Virus record (IMG/VR): IMGVR_UViG_3300001567_000010
Span: 1-51,803 of that record
Length of the DNA: 51,803 bases
Reading direction: 5' to 3' (one strand)
DNA from: a virus
Made by a program: the position numbers and the translations under genes. Below the pieces are notes generated by a model, which saw only the letters and a program-made list of their open reading frames with translations, did no database searches and was not told the origin of the DNA. Below are positions 43,258 through 51,150 of this stretch, piece by piece (within the stretch, counting starts at the first letter, position 1; each line of letters begins with the position of its first letter).

Positions 43258-43376
43258 CGCACCACGGCAGCATCACAAGGGCAGAACTGCGAGGAATGCG
43301 AGATCCCCTTGCCCGGATGGTCTGGGAAGCGTGGATCTCACGAGGGGAAGCAACCCTTACTGAGGATGAATCATGA
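43254..43376 (+). CDS. 40-aa peptide, paralog of 42566-42697
   Basis: ATGA-coupled at both ends; MRDPLARMVW motif. Confidence 0.65.
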   Translation: MTHHGSITRAELRGMRDPLARMVWEAWISRGEATLTEDES

Positions 43377-43714
43377 ACGAAAACAATTTTACCGGCCCCT
43401 GTGCCACTGCCTGCAAGCCACGGGCGGGAACCGGCATCCAGAGTACTGCTTTTGGCAGCATTATTGTTTCGGCCCAGAGCCACGCATCCCGCGAGACAGG
43501 TCTGCCGGGCCGCGTGGACCGCGAGACAACTTCCTGCCGCTCCTGCGGCGCGGAGACGACGAACGATCGGATCTGTGACGCCTGCGCCGATGCGATGCGC
43601 GAGGAGCGGGCGGCGGCCCTGGGTGAGCGGTGCCGCGTCCACAGGGTCCGACACGTTGAGGATCTCCCAATCTCTGTAATCGAGGAGATGCAAGCCGCAC
43701 GGGGGTGGGCATAA
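43373..43714 (+). CDS. Zn-finger hypothetical protein
   Basis: CATAC, CRSCG...ICDAC. Confidence 0.55.
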   Translation: MNENNFTGPCATACKPRAGTGIQSTAFGSIIVSAQSHASRETGLPGRVDRETTSCRSCGAETTNDRICDACADAMREERAAALGERCRVHRVRHVEDLPISVIEEMQAARGWA

Positions 43715-43929
43715 TGGCCGACCCTCGTCGCGTATATGTCTGCCACGAGTGCGATCGCTGCCCTACATGTGTGGCCGTTAGCGCGCTAGAGTCTGGTGAC
43801 GAGATGATCCGGTGCCCTCGCGACTACGATGTCTGCGAGTGGACAGAGTTGGATCCAATCCTCGCGGTCGCACTCCTTGGGGTGCTAGCCGGCGAACAGG
43901 CTGATCAGATGCCGAGGGGGCGGTGCTGA
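43714..43929 (+). CDS. Small Cys-rich protein
   Basis: CHECDRCPTC...CPRDYDVC. Confidence 0.55.
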   Translation: MADPRRVYVCHECDRCPTCVAVSALESGDEMIRCPRDYDVCEWTELDPILAVALLGVLAGEQADQMPRGRC

Positions 43930-44114
43930 TGGCCGGTCCCTGGCAAATCATGAGTCAGGTCATCAACGACCGTAAGATGTACATCGCCGGCCGGCAGAAG
44001 AACCCCGCAGAGCCCCTGCACGGCGGCAACGTCGAATACTACGGAGGGTATTCCGATAACCGCGAATCGGTCACGGCATTGGTCGAGGACCTCAATGCCG
44101 GGAGGCGGTGCTGA
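43929..44114 (+). CDS. Small hypothetical protein
   Basis: TGATG coupling both sides. Confidence 0.55.
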   Translation: MAGPWQIMSQVINDRKMYIAGRQKNPAEPLHGGNVEYYGGYSDNRESVTALVEDLNAGRRC

Positions 44115-45400
44115 TGGACACAACAACGATCTCGGTATCAGAGGTTGTGTTCCGCGAGGATCTCTACCCTCGTATCGAGCACGACCCTCGCCTCGTGCAG
44201 AAGTACTCCGAGGATCTCGAAGTGCTCCCGCCGATCGAGGTCAACCAGCACCATGAACTGATCGACGGTTGGCACCGTTGGACGGCATACCGGAAGATCG
44301 GCGCTGAAACCATACCCGTAATCATCACGCAGACAAAGAGTGATGTCGAGTTTCTCTCGCTCGCAATCGAGCGGAACGCCAAGCACGGGCAGCAATTAAC
44401 CAACACAGATAAAAGGAAGATGGCGATCCGCCTCTTCAACAGCGGCGCGGGTGTGTCTGATAAGACATACCTCGCAAAGATCCTCTCTGTCTCGCAGAAG
44501 ACGATCGACCGCTACCTCAAAGAGACAGAAGACCGGATCAAGGTAGACCGCGACGCGAAGATTTTCGGCATGTACCTCTCCGGCCACACGCAACAAGAGA
44601 TCGCGGATGCGGTCGGTGTAACTCAGAAGACCGTCGACAACGGGTTGGAATCTTTAGTAAATTTAGACAGGTGTCCGAAATTACTAAAGATCGCCGCGCT
44701 CTTCGAGGATGATTTCAAGGCACCTTTATACAACGTGTGGCGGTTCACCAAGTCCTCAAACAACGTCGCGCACTTCGGGGAGTCCGAACAGACGATCGTC
44801 GAAAACCTCCTCTATCTCTACACCGCCCCGTTCGATCTGGTGGTCGATCCGTTTGCCGGCGGAGGCTCCACAATCGACATCTGCAAGAAACGTCTCCGGC
44901 GGGTCTGGGCGTCTGACAGGAAACCGATACCCGAGCGAGAAAACGACATCCGCAAACACGACATTGTAACGGACGGAATACCGCCGTTAAACAACAGGTG
45001 GTCTGACGTATCATTAACCTACCTCGACCCGCCGTACTGGAAGCAGGCGGAGGGGCAGTATTCGAACGACGCAGAAGACCTGGCAAACCAGAGCATAGAG
45101 GACTTCACACGCAACCTCTCGAACCTCGTCATCGAGGTCGGGAAGCGGCAGTCGAAAGGTGTGATCGCACTCCTCATCCAACCGACGCAGTGGAGATCAC
45201 CGGATAGGAAGTTCACGGATCATGTTTTTGATGTCATCCGTGCCGTGCAGGACTCCGGTGTCAACCTCGAACTCGTGAACCGCGTATCGTGTCCGTACAA
45301 CAGCGAACAGTATAACCCGCAGATGGTGAACGTGGCAAAGGACGAGAAACTCCTCCTCGTGCTCACGCGGGAACTGATCGTCTGGAGGTGCGGGGTATGA
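44114..45400 (+). CDS. ParB-N/HTH fused to amino (N4/N6) DNA methyltransferase
   Basis: LIDGWHR (ParB), TQQEIADAVGV (HTH), VVDPFAGGGST (motif I), LDPPYW (motif IV). Confidence 0.85.
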   Translation: MDTTTISVSEVVFREDLYPRIEHDPRLVQKYSEDLEVLPPIEVNQHHELIDGWHRWTAYRKIGAETIPVIITQTKSDVEFLSLAIERNAKHGQQLTNTDKRKMAIRLFNSGAGVSDKTYLAKILSVSQKTIDRYLKETEDRIKVDRDAKIFGMYLSGHTQQEIADAVGVTQKTVDNGLESLVNLDRCPKLLKIAALFEDDFKAPLYNVWRFTKSSNNVAHFGESEQTIVENLLYLYTAPFDLVVDPFAGGGSTIDICKKRLRRVWASDRKPIPERENDIRKHDIVTDGIPPLNNRWSDVSLTYLDPPYWKQAEGQYSNDAEDLANQSIEDFTRNLSNLVIEVGKRQSKGVIALLIQPTQWRSPDRKFTDHVFDVIRAVQDSGVNLELVNRVSCPYNSEQYNPQMVNVAKDEKLLLVLTRELIVWRCGV

Positions 45401-45768
45401 GCGGGGAGATGCGGTTCCGCGTCCGCCTCGGCCGTTCGCTTGACCCGCGATACCGACAGTACCCCGAGTGGTACTTAGAGATCACCGGGGAAGATGGCAC
45501 CGAAACGGCAATCTCTCCGAAGTATTCCGAGTTGTGTGATATCTTCGAGCAGATATTCGCGCACGAGTTCCTCAACGACGCGATGCGCGGCCGCACTCCA
45601 GATTATACGCGGAAGCGGCTGATGTTCCACCTCCCGGCACTCCTGGATAATGCACAGACTCGCTTCGGAAAATACTGGAAGAACCCAGTCGAGATCCCGC
45701 GTGAGTATCATATCGGAAACAGACCTGTGTATCTCGATGAATTTGATTCCTTGGAGGCGAGTGCATGA
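45397..45768 (+). CDS. Hypothetical protein
   Basis: Coupled ORF. Confidence 0.6.
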   Translation: MSGEMRFRVRLGRSLDPRYRQYPEWYLEITGEDGTETAISPKYSELCDIFEQIFAHEFLNDAMRGRTPDYTRKRLMFHLPALLDNAQTRFGKYWKNPVEIPREYHIGNRPVYLDEFDSLEASA

Positions 45769-46193
45769 GCAACCTCCTGGAGCGGGCGTTCATGGCCCGG
45801 CTTCGCGCGGATGAGTATCGCGCTGAACTCAAGGCGCTGGAGAAGGAGTTCGACGAGCGCGAAGACGTCATCGCCCTCAATCGCCGGATCGACCGCTGCG
45901 AGCACGAGCGACAGACCTGCATCGAGCAGGCGAAGATCGCCGGCGTCAGCAAGTTGGGGAACTATGTCCTCAAGATCCGCACCCGGAAAACCCGCACCGT
46001 CGTGCCGAAACTCTTTTTCGCCAAGCACGGCGCGGAGGCGTTTGTTGAGTGCTGCACGGTCGCGATCGGCAAGGCGGAGGCGCTGCTCGGCAAATCCGCG
46101 CTCGATGACTGTTGCGAGGTCGAGGTCAAGGAGATCGGTGTAACCGTCGAATACGAGCGGCCCGAGAATCAGGGGGAGGTCGAGGGTCTATGA
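45765..46193 (+). CDS. Coiled-coil protein (weakly Gam/gp157-like)
   Basis: N-terminal heptads followed by short beta-strands. Confidence 0.5.
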   Translation: MSNLLERAFMARLRADEYRAELKALEKEFDEREDVIALNRRIDRCEHERQTCIEQAKIAGVSKLGNYVLKIRTRKTRTVVPKLFFAKHGAEAFVECCTVAIGKAEALLGKSALDDCCEVEVKEIGVTVEYERPENQGEVEGL

Positions 46194-46495
46194 TCGACTC
46201 CATCTTCCTCACCACCACGGCGACCTACAACGATAAGGCAGACCTCTGGGTCGCCGACATCAAGGGCTACCCGGTCACCGGCAGGGGCGAGAGCCCCGAA
46301 GAGGCCGTGATGAACGCCCGCGACGGACTCCAGAAGTTCTTCCTGGAGATGGCCGGGCGGCGCTACGTCTCCGTGGTGTGCTCCCCCATCTCGCTCAAGG
46401 CCGAGCTGGAAGTCCGGATCGAGTCCGACCGGGGCACGTCGCTCTCGGAGTTTGGGCTCGACCTCAGCCGCGAGGAGCAGGGGGGATCGGAGTGA
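46190..46495 (+). CDS. HicB-like fold protein
   Basis: WVADIKGYPVTGRGESPEEAVMNARDGL. Confidence 0.6.
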   Translation: MIDSIFLTTTATYNDKADLWVADIKGYPVTGRGESPEEAVMNARDGLQKFFLEMAGRRYVSVVCSPISLKAELEVRIESDRGTSLSEFGLDLSREEQGGSE

Positions 46496-46779
46496 AGATC
46501 CTCACCTGCTCAGAAGACCGCGCTATCGGCGTCGTCGTCCCTGAAGAGCATGATACGTGCGAGGAGGTCGGGGCGTTCGAGGTCAAGGCCCTCGAAACCG
46601 CCCTCAAGATCATGAAGACCATGGGATACACCACGGTCAGGCTCGGAGAACTCACTGTCCCCGGGGTAGGGGAGTCGCTTCTCACGCTTACCGGCGTCCC
46701 AAAGACCAGAGATACCCCCCAGGGCCTTGATGGCAAGATGGCCGTCGCCCCGGCGGCTGTGGAGGAGGTGGACGACTGA
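46492..46779 (+). CDS. Hypothetical protein (weak sliding-clamp C-domain-like pattern)
   Basis: FEVKALETALK...VRLG...GKMAVAPAAVEE. Confidence 0.5.
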   Translation: MKILTCSEDRAIGVVVPEEHDTCEEVGAFEVKALETALKIMKTMGYTTVRLGELTVPGVGESLLTLTGVPKTRDTPQGLDGKMAVAPAAVEEVDD

Positions 46780-47297
46780 TGTCGACCATCAAGTACGCTG
46801 CGGCTGTGAACCTGGGGAACTACGAGTCCCTCCGGGTCGAGGTCGAGGGTGAGGGCGCGGACACCGCGAAGATGGCTCTCGACCAGGCGCTCGCATCCAT
46901 CCAGGGTGACGCGGGTAACCCGGCGGTTGTAGATGCGATCGCCCGATACCGGAAAGGGGTCCTGGGTCGGTCAGGGCTCCTGTCCGAGGAGCGGGCCCCC
47001 ACCAGGGACTCGCCGCCGAAGAAGAGCGAAGCGGAGCAGGGGAAGGCTGGGGTTGGCAAGGCCGACCCGACCGCCGTCGCCAGGCTGGAAGAGCCGGCCA
47101 CTACTCCGACGCCTGCCCCCGTGACCCTCGATCAGATCTCACCGCTGCCAGAGCGGATCCCTGCACCCACTCCCGCCCCCGCTGCCGGCGATGGCGTCTG
47201 CGAGGCGTGCGGGTGCGGTGTGCCGAAGGCGCAGGTCAAACTCTCGCAGTTGTTCATGAGCAAAACGTTATGCAAGGCATGCATGGAGGCGCCATAA
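46779..47297 (+). CDS. Hypothetical protein with Pro-rich linker and C-terminal Zn finger
   Basis: NLGNYESLRVEV; CEACG...LCKAC. Confidence 0.6.
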   Translation: MSTIKYAAAVNLGNYESLRVEVEGEGADTAKMALDQALASIQGDAGNPAVVDAIARYRKGVLGRSGLLSEERAPTRDSPPKKSEAEQGKAGVGKADPTAVARLEEPATTPTPAPVTLDQISPLPERIPAPTPAPAAGDGVCEACGCGVPKAQVKLSQLFMSKTLCKACMEAP

Positions 47298-47557
47298 TGG
47301 CATCGCATATCGTCTCTCAGATGATCTCGACACACGACGAGTTCATCGGGGCGATCTACCGGGCGTGTGGATCGCGCCCGTTTACTGCCGCAGAACTCCG
47401 GCGATGTGGCGTCGTTGAGCCGGTAGGATGCAGTCTGCAGAAACTCCACGCCCGCGGCTGCACCGAGCGGGAGAAGGGGGTCCTCCGGGGCCCTTGTGTC
47501 TGGCGACTCTCGCCGGAGGTCGTGCAACATTACGAGGCCAAGGGGGTGCAGGCATGA
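47297..47557 (+). CDS. Winged-helix-like small protein
   Basis: FTAAEL...SLQKLHARG...WRLS. Confidence 0.5.
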   Translation: MASHIVSQMISTHDEFIGAIYRACGSRPFTAAELRRCGVVEPVGCSLQKLHARGCTEREKGVLRGPCVWRLSPEVVQHYEAKGVQA

Positions 47558-47694
47558 GCAAGATCGTCCGATCCCCCTGCCCGTGGTGCGAGGGGGAGAA
47601 AGCGAAGTACAAACAGGGCGAGCAGGCCCTCCGGTGCACACTGTGCAAGAGGGAGCGGCCTGCTCCCGCATATCTATCCGGGGTGAGCGCGTGA
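47554..47694 (+). CDS. Small Zn-ribbon protein
   Basis: CPWC...CTLC. Confidence 0.5.
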   Translation: MSKIVRSPCPWCEGEKAKYKQGEQALRCTLCKRERPAPAYLSGVSA

Positions 47695-48746
47695 TCATCG
47701 TCATTGCAGACGTCGATGAGATCGCGGCACTGCTCGGGCTCTCGACCGAGCGGCACCCGACCATCATCCGGCCGCAGACGAGCGGCCCCTGCGTGCACTA
47801 CGATCCCGACGGGGTGTATTACTCGCCCCCGGGCGGCGAGCACCAGGACGAGCCTCCGGTCTGCGCCTACCCCTATCCCTGCGATGAGGGGTGCCCGCAC
47901 CTGGACGACCCTGCAATCCTCTGCCCGGTCAAGGACGCCTGCTATGCGATGCGAGATCTCGCCCGCCTCCGGTCCGCCTGCGAGGAGCGGGACCGTGAGA
48001 TTGGGATGGATGCCGCCCCAGTTCCGCAGTCGGACTACGTGCTCGCCCCCCGGGATCCTCGGGGGTCCAGCGGCGACGCAGAGGTGCCGGAGTTCCCGGC
48101 CCTCGAACCGGACGAGGTCGCACCCTACAAGGTCGTGGCGAAGAAAGGCCGGGCGCCGGGGCATGTGCAGGAGTGGACCGCCGAAGAAGATGCGGCGCTG
48201 CTCGGCGCGGCGAACCGGCATGAAGCCCTCTCCCTGTATCACGAGCGGGTGCCGAACTCGGAGCGGTCGGACGCGGCGATACAGCGACGATGGTATGACA
48301 TCCGAGAGCCGCGGGAGCGGGCTCGCGCGGCACGACGAGACGAGTGGTCCGCCGAAGAAGATGCGGCACTCATCCAGGCTAGTGCAGTCGCGGACGTCGT
48401 CGGCCAGTTCCGGGAAGCGTTCCCGGACTCGGAGCGGTCAGACAAGGCCATCACGAGCCGGTTCTACCGGGTCCGGACTCGTGCCGACCGCCTGCACGAG
48501 GCGGCACCCCCGGCCGCTCCCGTCGAGGCCGTGCCTCCGGTCACCCGGGAGAGACCGGATCTGATCGCCCCCCTGAGCGCGCCAATCGCCCCCGGTGACC
48601 GCGTCGCCCTGGTCGATGACCCCGGCCTCGTCGGTACTGCGGTTATCGTCAACGTCCGCAGCAAATTCGCGTCGGTGGAGTTCCCCGACGACGATGGCCC
48701 GGCCCGGGTCTACCCTCTCAGTGCCCTGCGGCGGGTGATCGTGTGA
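47691..48746 (+). CDS. Protein with Cys-rich region, two Myb/SANT-like repeats and a C-terminal KOW/SH3-like domain
   Basis: EWTAEEDAALL...RSDAAIQRRW and EWSAEEDAALI...RSDKAITSRF, 57 aa apart. Confidence 0.7.
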   Translation: MIIVIADVDEIAALLGLSTERHPTIIRPQTSGPCVHYDPDGVYYSPPGGEHQDEPPVCAYPYPCDEGCPHLDDPAILCPVKDACYAMRDLARLRSACEERDREIGMDAAPVPQSDYVLAPRDPRGSSGDAEVPEFPALEPDEVAPYKVVAKKGRAPGHVQEWTAEEDAALLGAANRHEALSLYHERVPNSERSDAAIQRRWYDIREPRERARAARRDEWSAEEDAALIQASAVADVVGQFREAFPDSERSDKAITSRFYRVRTRADRLHEAAPPAAPVEAVPPVTRERPDLIAPLSAPIAPGDRVALVDDPGLVGTAVIVNVRSKFASVEFPDDDGPARVYPLSALRRVIV

Positions 48747-48919
48747 CCGACCACCTCGTGCCTCGGGCGCGGGTGCAGGTCATCGCCCCCTCCTCTCTCC
48801 AGGGATTTACCGGGACGATTCTGAAGCATTACCCGGTGACCGGGCAGTGCCTCGTCGAGTTCCCCGCGAGCAAGGGCATCTCTTGGATCGCGGATGAGTG
48901 CCTGGAGGTATTGGCATGA
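48743..48919 (+). CDS. Stand-alone KOW/SH3-like microprotein (58 aa)
   Basis: RVQVIAPSSLQGFTGTILK...CLVEF; coupled both ends. Confidence 0.55.
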   Translation: MTDHLVPRARVQVIAPSSLQGFTGTILKHYPVTGQCLVEFPASKGISWIADECLEVLA

Positions 48920-49275
48920 TGGAGGCAAAAACCTGCACCCGGTGCCACCGGGCCCTCCCCCGCTCGGAGTTCTACAGGAACCCCAAAACCCCGGACAAAC
49001 TGAACTATTGGTGCAAGACCAGTATCGGGGAGTCCGTGCTGGCTCTCCGGGCGCAGCGGAAGGCCGGGAAAGGGACTCCGTTCAAGAACCCCCTCATGAA
49101 TGACCGCGCCTGGCTCGTGCAGCGATATCTCCGGGACCTCAAGACAATCGGGGAGATCGCTGCGGAGGCGGGGGTCTGCCAGCAGACAGTCCGAGACGCG
49201 CTGCACATGCACGGGATCTCGACGATCCCGTGGAATATGAGGAGCCGGCTCAAGTCCCGGACGGTGAGCGCGTGA
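48916..49275 (+). CDS. Zn-finger plus HTH DNA-binding protein
   Basis: KTCTRC...EFY...WCK; TIGEIAAEAGVCQQTVRDAL. Confidence 0.7.
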   Translation: MMEAKTCTRCHRALPRSEFYRNPKTPDKLNYWCKTSIGESVLALRAQRKAGKGTPFKNPLMNDRAWLVQRYLRDLKTIGEIAAEAGVCQQTVRDALHMHGISTIPWNMRSRLKSRTVSA

Positions 49276-49460
49276 GGCCGAGTACCTGCACCGGCTGCCG
49301 GTCGCACTACCAGGAGCGGCACTGGTGGATCTTTGAGATCGATTTCTGCGGGCTCGACGGTAACGTGGTGGGATTCTCCTGCCCGCTTGGGTGCGTCGAT
49401 ACCGAAGGATGCTCTGCCTATGAGCGCCCGACTGCGTGGCCTGCGGGGGCGGTCGCGTGA
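49272..49460 (+). CDS. Small Cys-rich protein
   Basis: CTGC...FC...CPLGC..GC. Confidence 0.5.
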   Translation: MRPSTCTGCRSHYQERHWWIFEIDFCGLDGNVVGFSCPLGCVDTEGCSAYERPTAWPAGAVA

Positions 49461-49633
49461 CGCCACAGTGCTCCACGCGGGGCTGCCGGTGTGCGGCAAC
49501 CCACGAGATCGAGATCCGGGGACCGGGCGCGGACTGCTCCGTCTACTATTGTTGCGACGAGCACCTCCCGCTCTGGGACGCGCTGATGTGGGGTGTTGAC
49601 CGCGTTCGGAGGTTGCCGGGGGCGGTCGCGTGA
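49457..49633 (+). CDS. Small Cys-rich protein
   Basis: CSTRGC...YYCCDEH. Confidence 0.5.
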   Translation: MTPQCSTRGCRCAATHEIEIRGPGADCSVYYCCDEHLPLWDALMWGVDRVRRLPGAVA

Positions 49634-50013
49634 TCCGCCCGATCCTCTACCTCAGCGGCCCCTACAGCGCGGGGAACGGGCGGACCGTCGCGGAGAACAT
49701 CGCGGTCGCCCGGGCACACGCAGAGGCTGCGGCGCGGAAGGGTTGGATGCCGTTCACGCCCCACCTCAATACCGCTCATTTCGAGGATTTTTGCCCGAAT
49801 GTCTCGCACCAAGAGTGGCTGGACGGGGATCTGACGATCCTCCGGGCTCTCTCTCGTGCGGGTGTGGCCGTATTGCTGCTACCGGGATGGGAGGGGAGCA
49901 GAGGCGCGCGGTTAGAGCGAGATTGGGCGATCCACCTTAATCTAGAGGTCTTCGATCCACCAACGACCCCGGAGGCGATCCCGCCTGCATCGATCCGGAG
50001 GTGGTGCCGATGA
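49630..50013 (+). CDS. DUF4406/nucleoside deoxyribosyltransferase-like protein
   Basis: LYLSGPY, PFTPHLN, LPGWEGSRGARLE. Confidence 0.75.
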   Translation: MIRPILYLSGPYSAGNGRTVAENIAVARAHAEAAARKGWMPFTPHLNTAHFEDFCPNVSHQEWLDGDLTILRALSRAGVAVLLLPGWEGSRGARLERDWAIHLNLEVFDPPTTPEAIPPASIRRWCR

Positions 50014-50032
50014 GCCGAACGGAGGTGCTGAA

Positions 50033-50431
50033 ATGTTCCTGAACTGCGGGCAGGCCACCCCCTCAAAAGATGCGGTCCGCCTGGTGATCTGGGACGGCGC
50101 CATCGAGTACGTGTTCAGCCTGACGATCCCGGACGTCTCTGCCCTGCTCCAGGAGCGAGCGGAGTCGATCCCCGTCGGGCGGCAGTTCGGGCTCCTCGAA
50201 AACAAGGCATACGGCAGGGCGCGGCTCACCAACCCCTGCGCGGATGGGCAGCGGAAAGGGGTTGCGTTCTGGTTCCCCTGCTTCCCGGGCCGGTTGTTTT
50301 CAGTCTCGCGCGTGGGGCTCGCCGGGGTTGCCCGGAGTGTCACCCGGGGCGCGGGGGACCACTGGCTGGATGCCGTGGTCTCGGAGATGATCCCGGACCC
50401 GGGGCCGGTGCGGATGGGGGTGCGGGCGTGA
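50033..50431 (+). CDS. Hypothetical protein
   Basis: SD GGAGGTG; coupled to the next gene. Confidence 0.55.
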   Translation: MFLNCGQATPSKDAVRLVIWDGAIEYVFSLTIPDVSALLQERAESIPVGRQFGLLENKAYGRARLTNPCADGQRKGVAFWFPCFPGRLFSVSRVGLAGVARSVTRGAGDHWLDAVVSEMIPDPGPVRMGVRA

Positions 50432-51150
50432 CTCAAGTCCGCTACCCCCATCGGGCCACGAAGCGCCTTGAGGACCTGGTGCTGCTGAACGGTCCAAAAC
50501 TCCATGACAGGATCTATGACGAGGTCCTCGTTGCCGGGCTGGAGTTCCATCGCGACCAGGCGGAGGAGTATAGCGAGATTATCGCGCTCCTCGGCACCCT
50601 CAGGGAGGTCCACCGAGAGTACAGCGACGAGGCCGGGCCGTTCGGCGATATGTTCGGCGAATACATGGAATGCAACGGCGAGACCTCAGAGCGCAACGGG
50701 CAGTTTTTCACGCCGATCGATGTCGTCGATATGATGGTGCAGATGACGCTGCATAGCACTGATCTTGACCGGCAGCAACCGTGGACCTTCTGCGATCCAG
50801 CGTGCGGTACTGGACGATTCATGCTCCGGACCGCCCACCACTTCGCGAAGGAGAACAAAGGGGCGCTGAACTTCCTGTTCACGAACGTCGATATCGACCG
50901 CAAGGCGTTCACGTATTGCACGATGAACGCGGTCCTGAACGGTATCCCTGGGATCCATATCCACGGAGACACGCTGCGGATGGAGGTCTGGGATGCGTTC
51001 GCGACAGTGCCGATCGGGCAGGTCGCGCCCTGGACACGAGTGCGGCCGGAGACGGCGAAGGCGTGGCTCGTGCAGGCACTCCAGGCCCCGACGCCCACGC
51101 CCACGGTCCGGCAGGAGACCGTGCAGACTTCGCTGGAGGCGGGGGCATGA
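50428..51150 (+). CDS. Short N6-methyltransferase-like SAM-binding protein (HsdM-like N-terminal half, no NPPY/F)
   Basis: GQFFTP, DPACGTGRF, VDID, MNAVL, HGDTL; ends before catalytic motif IV. Confidence 0.8.
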   Translation: MTQVRYPHRATKRLEDLVLLNGPKLHDRIYDEVLVAGLEFHRDQAEEYSEIIALLGTLREVHREYSDEAGPFGDMFGEYMECNGETSERNGQFFTPIDVVDMMVQMTLHSTDLDRQQPWTFCDPACGTGRFMLRTAHHFAKENKGALNFLFTNVDIDRKAFTYCTMNAVLNGIPGIHIHGDTLRMEVWDAFATVPIGQVAPWTRVRPETAKAWLVQALQAPTPTPTVRQETVQTSLEAGA

